Part shown: positions 58,208 through 64,000 of the stretch, in pieces
How positions within the stretch are numbered: the first letter of the stretch is position 1
How the letters are laid out: every line of letters begins with the position of its first letter
Origin: an uncultured Porphyromonadaceae bacterium
GTDB taxonomy: Bacteria > Bacteroidota > Bacteroidia > Bacteroidales > UBA12481
DNA length: 64,000 bases
Direction of reading: 5' to 3'
Assembly (NCBI GenBank): GCA_964355105.1
Contig: CAYHCO010000011.1
Location: 16,636-80,635, forward strand
Notes under the pieces: generated by a model
What the model was told of the DNA's origin: nothing
Database searches by the model: none
The model's input: only the letters and a program-made list of their open reading frames with translations
Made by a program: the position numbers and the translations under genes

Positions 58208-59161
58208 ATGGCAAATCTTTCGATAACCAATGTTTGTAACAAAAGTTGCGCCTATTGTTTTGCGAATGATACGCGTAACGAATCCGGGCGTTCATTTATG
58301 AGCATCGAGTTGTATGAAAAGGCACTTGATTACCTGGTCAGATCGGGAATTCCCCAGGCAAGGCTGCTCGGAGGGGAACCAACCCTTCACCCGGATTTCA
58401 AACGTTTCGTATCGATGGCTTTGGATCAAGGATTAAATATCATGCTTTTTACCAATGGTCTGATGTCCCTTGAAAAGCTGAAATTCTTATCCACTCTCCC
58501 TGAAAGCAGGCTTGCCATTCTACTGAACACAATCCATCCTGCCGAATTGAATCCAAAAGGCTGTGCACAGCAAAAGGAAATGATGATCAAGCTCGGTAGC
58601 GTTACAATCCCGGGGGTTAATATTTACCATTCCGGACTGGGATTGGATTATCTGCTTGATTATATTGAAATTTACGGGTTGAGAAAGGAAGTCAGGCTCG
58701 GGATATCGCATGCCATGTTAAGTTCCAAAAATCAGTTCCTGCATCCCAAGGATTATCAGAAAGTTGGGCATAATATCGCCTTGTTTAAAATGAAGGCAAA
58801 AGAGAGGGGAATTTCTCTCCGTCTCGACTGTGGTTTTGTGCCCTGCATGTTTCCAGAGGAGTACCGGGATCAGCTATCGGAGGAGTTAAAAGTGGCAGGC
58901 ACCTGCTGCCACCCGATCATCGATTTGCTCACAAACGGCACCTTTATAGCCTGCTATCCATTGAATGATTTTCTTAAAATTGAGATCCACGAAGATTCAG
59001 TTGCGAGTGATGTGGTAAAGTCCTTTGATCAGGCCCTGTCTCCTTATGGCAACTTAGGCATTTTTTCGTATTGTACTGCTTGCTCTCTTTTTAAGGACAA
59101 ATGCAATGGTGGCTGCATCTCTTTCCGGATCCAACGCCTGCGCAGTGGTTGCAACAACTAA
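58208..59161 (+). CDS. Radical SAM enzyme with a SPASM/twitch-like C-terminal Cys cluster (rSAM-1)
   Basis: CNKSCAYC (CX3CX2C) at residues 10-17. GGEPTL. C-terminal CGFVPC, CCHP, and YCTACSLFKDKCNGGC (CX2CX6CX3C). Starts 1 nt after the PqqD-like stop. Confidence 0.85.
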   Translation: MANLSITNVCNKSCAYCFANDTRNESGRSFMSIELYEKALDYLVRSGIPQARLLGGEPTLHPDFKRFVSMALDQGLNIMLFTNGLMSLEKLKFLSTLPESRLAILLNTIHPAELNPKGCAQQKEMMIKLGSVTIPGVNIYHSGLGLDYLLDYIEIYGLRKEVRLGISHAMLSSKNQFLHPKDYQKVGHNIALFKMKAKERGISLRLDCGFVPCMFPEEYRDQLSEELKVAGTCCHPIIDLLTNGTFIACYPLNDFLKIEIHEDSVASDVVKSFDQALSPYGNLGIFSYCTACSLFKDKCNGGCISFRIQRLRSGCNN

Positions 59162-59172
59162 GGCGAAACACT

Positions 59173-60120
59173 TTGGAAATCAAGAAAAATAAAAAGATTG
59201 TAATTCCCTACATCGACCAGGAAATGAATTTCTGGAGAGGGATTTTTGATGAATATGGCTGCCATATCTCGGAAGTCTATTTCCCCATAACCGGTAACCT
59301 GGTCGGTACCGGAAGACCAACGCAGCCTCAAATCCATTTGAAGGAATTTCTGGAATCAAAAATTCTCCCGGTTTCAGTTCTTGTCAATCCGGTAATTTTG
59401 CCCCGACCGGTCGAGGAAATGGCAGACAGCATTTGTGAAATGATAAGTCTCTATATTGATCAGTACAACCTGGCTGGAGTAACACTTTCCAATCTGAGTC
59501 TGGCACAAGTTGTGAAATGCCGTTTTCCCACCCTGAAACTCACTGCATCGGTACTTATGGATATAAGCTCAGATCAGCAACTGATTATGTTGGGAGATGT
59601 TTTCGATACCCTTGTACCATCAAATCGTATTATCCGGGACATTACTGCCCTAAAAAAAATAAGAAACTCCTTCCGGGGACGTATTCGTTTGATTGTCAAT
59701 GAATCCTGTTTGTCTTCCTGCATATTCAGGACACAGCATTTCTTCGAAATGTCAAATCCCGAAATCGGGTACCCGCACTCCCTATGCAACACTTTACTCT
59801 TGGAAAAGCCATGGCTCAGACTTACCGGTGGTTGGATCCTGCCTCAGCACCTTGACATTTTTGATGGTCTTTACGATGAGATCAAGCTTGCGGGAAGAGT
59901 AACATTGCAAAATCGGTCGAAATATATGCATGTCCTTGACAGTTATTTCTACAGTAAGCAATTGAACAGTAATGAAATAGGCGGAGGACCCGCATCGGTT
60001 AATTGTCCTATGATTATTTCGGACGATTTTTACCGGCACACGCTTTCGTGTAGCAAGAATTGTCAGAGTTGCACCTATTGCAAGGATTATTGGGTAGAAA
60101 ACCAACCACAAAATGGATGA
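59173..60120 (+). CDS. Peptidase U32-family-like protein with C-terminal Cys cluster
   Basis: SEVYFP...GTGR, VSVLVNPVIL, GVTLSNLSLAQVV, LKLTASVLMDISS, IRLIVNESCLSSCIFRTQHF resemble the U32 TIM-barrel core. C-terminus CSKNCQSCTYC. The start is uncertain: the track ORF begins at ATG 59101 inside rSAM-1, and plausible starts are TTG 59173 or ATG 59224. Family call is from memory. Confidence 0.55.
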   Translation: MEIKKNKKIVIPYIDQEMNFWRGIFDEYGCHISEVYFPITGNLVGTGRPTQPQIHLKEFLESKILPVSVLVNPVILPRPVEEMADSICEMISLYIDQYNLAGVTLSNLSLAQVVKCRFPTLKLTASVLMDISSDQQLIMLGDVFDTLVPSNRIIRDITALKKIRNSFRGRIRLIVNESCLSSCIFRTQHFFEMSNPEIGYPHSLCNTLLLEKPWLRLTGGWILPQHLDIFDGLYDEIKLAGRVTLQNRSKYMHVLDSYFYSKQLNSNEIGGGPASVNCPMIISDDFYRHTLSCSKNCQSCTYCKDYWVENQPQNG

Positions 60121-61456
60121 CTTGTTTTTAAAGGTTCACGACCAACTCCCTGTTTTTAGTATCAATGCCGGCGGTTCTGCACTCATTTACGCACCTGGAT
60201 ACCTCTTTGTCGCCGGACAGATCACGGAAAGTGAAATCCGTAATTATTTGGCTAACCCGTCGGAAATTGCAAACAGACCGCTCCAGCATTGCTTTTCGGG
60301 AATACTCGAATATGCCCGGGCAGCTGTCAGCAGATGGGAGATGCAGGCCCGGCAGCCGTTCTTACCGGAGTGCCTGACGATCCATGCCGGGAGCGATTGC
60401 AATATGCACTGCACTTATTGTTACTCTAAGGTCGATTTAGCAGGCTATGCCAATCTCAGGGGGTTTCCTGATGCGGGTTCAATACGCCTTTTATTCGATC
60501 AGATCGTCCGGCAGGAAGGACGGAACCAGGTCCCGGTTACAATCGTTTATCATGGTTCTGGGGAACCGACTTACCACTGGAAGGATCTGGCCGAATCAGT
60601 TCGTGACATCAAAAGAGCAGCCGAACGGCTCAATCTGGATACTTTCTTTTATGTCGCAACTAACGGCGTTCTATCAGATTCCCGCATCGATTGGCTGGTT
60701 GCCAACTTTGATTTGATTGGGATCTCCTGCGATGGGCCTCCGGGCATTCAGGAGAAACAACGTATTCGCAAAAACCGGGTCCCCAATTCAATTGAAAGGG
60801 TTTGCCGGCGGATCGCCAGGCAGGGCGGTAGATTCGATGTTCGGGTAACAGTCACCCGGGAAACGTTATTGGTACTTCCGGAAATAGTGCATTATCTGGT
60901 CCATGATTGCTCCGCCTCAACCATTAGGCTGGAACCTGTCTATTTAAATGTTGATCATGGATTTGTTGAGTATGATGCAGACGATTTCTTTCTCCGTTAC
61001 TCACGGGTCCGTGATGCGGCCTCTGCTTTCGGTGCAAAGATTTTATATTCAGGGGTCCGGCTGAAAGAACTACACGGGCCCTTTTGTGATATTCTTCGAA
61101 ACAATTTACGACTGACTGCCGACAAAGTAACCCGCAACTGCTTTTGCTTTATGAATGGTAAACCCGGCTTTATCACTGGCCGGATCGAAGGGGAGCCATC
61201 GGCATTCCGATTTAATCCGGACCTGCCAGAACTTAAATATTTCGCCTCCGGGATACCAGCCTTCTGTTCAAGTTGCATTAACCAATATCATTGCTCGCGT
61301 GGTTGCCCCGATTTTTGTATTATGGGAGAGTCTTTTCCTGAATACTTACCACAGAGCCTTTTTCGGTGCCGGCTGCATCAACTTCTTTCAGTTGACCAGA
61401 TCCGACGGAGTGCACATGGCATTTCGAATTATAAATTAACGGAAATCAGGATTTGA
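60113..61456 (+). CDS. Radical SAM/SPASM enzyme with a ~95-aa N-terminal extension (rSAM-2)
   Basis: CNMHCTYC, HGSGEPT, ATNG...ISCDG, and the canonical SPASM motif CSSCINQYHCSRGC (CX2CX5CX3C). 8-nt ATGGATGA overlap with the U32-like gene. Confidence 0.85.
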   Translation: MDDLFLKVHDQLPVFSINAGGSALIYAPGYLFVAGQITESEIRNYLANPSEIANRPLQHCFSGILEYARAAVSRWEMQARQPFLPECLTIHAGSDCNMHCTYCYSKVDLAGYANLRGFPDAGSIRLLFDQIVRQEGRNQVPVTIVYHGSGEPTYHWKDLAESVRDIKRAAERLNLDTFFYVATNGVLSDSRIDWLVANFDLIGISCDGPPGIQEKQRIRKNRVPNSIERVCRRIARQGGRFDVRVTVTRETLLVLPEIVHYLVHDCSASTIRLEPVYLNVDHGFVEYDADDFFLRYSRVRDAASAFGAKILYSGVRLKELHGPFCDILRNNLRLTADKVTRNCFCFMNGKPGFITGRIEGEPSAFRFNPDLPELKYFASGIPAFCSSCINQYHCSRGCPDFCIMGESFPEYLPQSLFRCRLHQLLSVDQIRRSAHGISNYKLTEIRI

Positions 61457-62842
61457 ATGAGGTTGGGAGTATAGTATGTTATCCGAAGTTTGATCGGCCA
61501 GAAATTTCATTTGTTCGAGATCTCCAGTCAGTTCCGAAATTTTTTCAGGCAAGCCTAAATCCGCCAATAAGGTGAATGCAGATATGAGCCGTGTTTGCAC
61601 GCAAAAGTTGTTATATTCAGGATTGGCGCCGGGATAACTGATTCCAACATGGCAACTGCCAGCGCAAGACCAGCGGCAAAAGCATTTTTCGCATCGAGGT
61701 TTGTCCTCCACCATATTTCTGATGGCATTCACTTTATGAGTGTCGATCCGGATTTCGCAATGCTCGGATAGGCTGCCAAAGTCTAGTTCCAATCCTTTTT
61801 CCTTCCACCGCTCTGGCATCAAATAGCAATTGCTGATGCGACCATCTGGTGAAAAGATAGCGGTATCCTTTCCAACGGGGCAGGAACTAACGGTGGGATG
61901 GGGTGAAATGTCCGATGCATATATTACCTCGACCCCACAAGATCTGGCGATATTTCTTGAATTCTCGAAATTAATAGCAAATTCGAAGGGATCCGGAGGA
62001 TACAATCCAGCCTGGCATGTATATTCGGTGGTGGTTAGGATCTCAAAGTTTATGGCAGAAAGTCGAAATTCAGAACATGCCCACACAGTAAATTCTTCCA
62101 TACGGGAGAGGTTTGCCTTGCTAATGCAGCAGCGAATACAGAGCTCCGCACTTGAGTTGCTGATTATTTTTGCAGTCTGAACAGCATTTTCGAAACTGCT
62201 TCTCCCATCCTTCAATGGTCGGTGCTTGTACTGGATATCCCTCAACCCGTCAAGCGACAATACGACCTTATTAAAATAGTTGCCCAAATAGCGTGCGTGC
62301 TCAGAGCTGAACTGCCCGTTGGTGGAGATTTCAAAACAGGTGATCAGGTCGTTCTCAGCAGCGACCAGGCGTGCACGCTCTACAGCAACCTCAATGATGT
62401 CGGGCGCAACCATGGGTTCGCCTCCAAAAAAGTGAATTTCCATTACCCTCCTGTTCTGCGATTTCAGCAGAGCGGTATACCAGTCAATAGCCTTGGTGAC
62501 CATCGCATAGGGCATCCTCTGCAGAGTAGATTCTCCTGCACCGAAATCACAATAATTGCATGCTCCGTTACAGGACCGGGTGGGAATAATACCCAGAAAA
62601 TCCGGGTTTATCTCGCCTGATTTCCGATATACCTGGTGTGAGGCACCGAGGGAAATCGCCATGGCAAGATCATTAAGCTTCGATCCAGGATCGGCAGACC
62701 CCGAGTGCGCCAGCCTCAGCTGTTCCCGGAGTTCGATGACTCCCTGCCGGTTCATAAGGGCGGATATGCTGGTAAACGGTGCGTACACCAGGAAATCTTT
62801 CCCAACCGGAATGCTATAGATATTTTCAGGATGAAAATTCAA
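61436..62842 (-). CDS. Radical SAM/SPASM enzyme, paralog of rSAM-2 (rSAM-3)
   Basis: CNGACNYC, FFGGEPM, STNG...LSLDG. SPASM elements SCPVGKDTAIFSPDGRISNC (CX13GX4C) and CEKCFCRWSCAGSC (CX2CX5CX3C). Its N-terminal extension IYSIPVGKDFLVYAP parallels VFSINAGGSALIYAP of rSAM-2. Confidence 0.85.
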   Translation of the reverse strand: MNFHPENIYSIPVGKDFLVYAPFTSISALMNRQGVIELREQLRLAHSGSADPGSKLNDLAMAISLGASHQVYRKSGEINPDFLGIIPTRSCNGACNYCDFGAGESTLQRMPYAMVTKAIDWYTALLKSQNRRVMEIHFFGGEPMVAPDIIEVAVERARLVAAENDLITCFEISTNGQFSSEHARYLGNYFNKVVLSLDGLRDIQYKHRPLKDGRSSFENAVQTAKIISNSSAELCIRCCISKANLSRMEEFTVWACSEFRLSAINFEILTTTEYTCQAGLYPPDPFEFAINFENSRNIARSCGVEVIYASDISPHPTVSSCPVGKDTAIFSPDGRISNCYLMPERWKEKGLELDFGSLSEHCEIRIDTHKVNAIRNMVEDKPRCEKCFCRWSCAGSCHVGISYPGANPEYNNFCVQTRLISAFTLLADLGLPEKISELTGDLEQMKFLADQTSDNILYSQPHSNPDFR

Positions 62843-64000
62843 TTTTGTTTTTCGGTTTTTGTTTCCCGGATTCCATGGATTAATGCTTTTGGGAAAATGA
62901 TGTTTATGGTCTTAAGAAATAAATAAACGCACATCAGAATGAATATTCCATCCATAGTTTTAACGTACCTGCTTGGATAAGTTTCGTCATTGCTATAAAA
63001 AACCAGGGTAAATAATAAAAAATTCAGGAAACACAGGACAAAAGGAACCGGAATCGAAAATGAAAAAAGCTTTGGTATTTGCTCTGAGGAACTTTTTTGC
63101 GTTATTTTTTTGATTATGTGCAATGTAATTAGAATACCACAAACAAAAATTAATGCCAGAAAGGAATAAACAGGTAAAAACCCTGCCTTTATTTTTGCCG
63201 GAAAATTCCCGAGATTCACCGGATTCTTAATGTAAAAATTGACAACCCTTATGATTTCGGGTTGGTCGCCCTTCTGATCAATATTATAAAAAGATCCGGG
63301 CTTATTTCTCCACTCCGGATGCCAGAGTCCGTCTGAGCAAAATTCGTTGTTGCCATCAAGTAAAACATCTGCCGGCTGAGCCGATACAAAGGTGAACCGA
63401 TGCCTTTCAAGAGATAGCCAAAGTGACCAGACACCCGTGACTAAAATAAAGGAACAAGCGAAAATTATCAGGTTAACCATATATTTCCCGTTCCTCAACC
63501 TACCGAAGAACAGGTCGAAAACAATTATGATAGGGAAAAAAAAGAATGTTGTTCCTTTGTTTAGGACAGATATCCCCAGGATAATTCCCAATAATATTGA
63601 GTGCGTTTTTGACCCGTCGTGATGGTAAAAAAGACAAATTATCGTGAGGGCGAGAAACAGAAATTGCCAATTTTCAGGCATCAAATGCTCGGAAAATTTG
63701 TAATTAAGCAATACAAAAGCTATAAAGCTGATCAATCCAACTTTAAAGCTTTTTTCTCCAAAGGCAAGCCGGGCAATTGGGATCAGTAGTAGACCTGAAA
63801 TAATGATCAGTAATAGTTGAATATATTTTATGATCAGCGGACTGATTCCGACCAATTTATATAACAGGCTCAGGAACACCGGGTAGAAGGGGGCCCTGTG
63901 GTAAGCTTTATTCCCTGAGAATTTCTCCCAGAAATTGATTTTTCCTGAATCCAAACTATCCATAAGGTAAACATCCTTGTTTTCGACCGGACCAGTAATC
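62839..64000 (-). CDS. Polytopic GT-C-type glycosyltransferase-like membrane protein (ArnT/PMT family-like), 5' end off window
   Basis: ~11 hydrophobic spans. HRAPFYPVFLSLLYK resembles the ArnT/PMT_2 first-loop region. The frame stays open upstream of the track Met to position 64000 (ITGPVENKDVYLMDS...). 4-nt overlap with the rSAM-3 start. Confidence 0.55.
   Translation of the reverse strand, partial: ITGPVENKDVYLMDSLDSGKINFWEKFSGNKAYHRAPFYPVFLSLLYKLVGISPLIIKYIQLLLIIISGLLLIPIARLAFGEKSFKVGLISFIAFVLLNYKFSEHLMPENWQFLFLALTIICLFYHHDGSKTHSILLGIILGISVLNKGTTFFFFPIIIVFDLFFGRLRNGKYMVNLIIFACSFILVTGVWSLWLSLERHRFTFVSAQPADVLLDGNNEFCSDGLWHPEWRNKPGSFYNIDQKGDQPEIIRVVNFYIKNPVNLGNFPAKIKAGFLPVYSFLALIFVCGILITLHIIKKITQKSSSEQIPKLFSFSIPVPFVLCFLNFLLFTLVFYSNDETYPSRYVKTMDGIFILMCVYLFLKTINIIFPKALIHGIRETKTEKQN

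Noticed and set aside
58208-62842. The three radical SAM/SPASM genes as anaerobic sulfatase-maturating enzymes for the sulfatases at 11-21 kb
   Set aside because: They are 37 kb or more from the sulfatases. rSAM-1 is shorter than typical anSMEs, from memory. rSAM-2 and rSAM-3 carry ~95-aa N-terminal extensions that I do not recall anSMEs having. The operon also contains a PqqD-like RRE and its own Cys-rich substrate candidate. This is not formally excluded without alignment to AtsB or anSMEcpe.
1-64000. Search by eye for CRISPR arrays, IS elements, transposases, integrases, rRNA genes and known defence-system signatures
   Set aside because: I saw no regularly spaced repeat array, no transposase or integrase-like ORF, no rRNA-like sequence, and no recognisable restriction-modification, toxin-antitoxin or Cas proteins. 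The only RNA gene found is tRNA-Val. The AAA/DUF4143 ATPase (39340..40683) stands alone without partner genes, so no defence system was called.

Overview
This is a Bacteroidota-like chromosomal segment. Evidence: a T9SS C-terminal sorting domain, a TAnnTTTG -7 promoter box, and tightly packed operons with overlapping stop/start codons. It has four blocks. (1) 1-27.3 kb is a single minus-strand array of secreted glycan-degrading enzymes. It holds three S1 sulfatases (one Ser-type, one fused to a GH95 fucosidase), a GH29 fucosidase, GH38-like and GH106-like proteins, an SGNH esterase, a metallophosphoesterase and two paralogous unknown proteins. No SusC/SusD pair is in view. The likely target is a sulfated, fucose-rich glycan. 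(2) 27.4-37.4 kb is a 10-gene cobalamin salvage and transport operon behind a cobalamin riboswitch, ending in a clean intrinsic terminator. (3) 37.4-56.2 kb is an accessory mosaic. It contains small regulators, an S9 hydrolase, a prokaryotic pentameric ligand-gated ion channel homolog, a Fic protein with a degenerate motif beside tRNA-Val, a LytS/LytTR two-component pair, and at least seven truncated gene remnants. (4) 56.5-64 kb is the most interesting part. A translationally coupled operon encodes a Tat-like-signal seven-bladed WD40 propeller with a 98-aa C-terminal tail carrying seven C-x-C-(D/N) motifs (16 Cys). It is followed by a PqqD-like RRE protein, a radical SAM/SPASM enzyme, a U32-family protein and a second radical SAM/SPASM enzyme. 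A third, paralogous SPASM enzyme converges on it and is coupled to a GT-C-type membrane glycosyltransferase. I read this as a candidate RiPP-style maturation system acting on a full-size exported propeller protein. I do not recognise this architecture as described. All family calls come from motifs read by eye; no database search was run.
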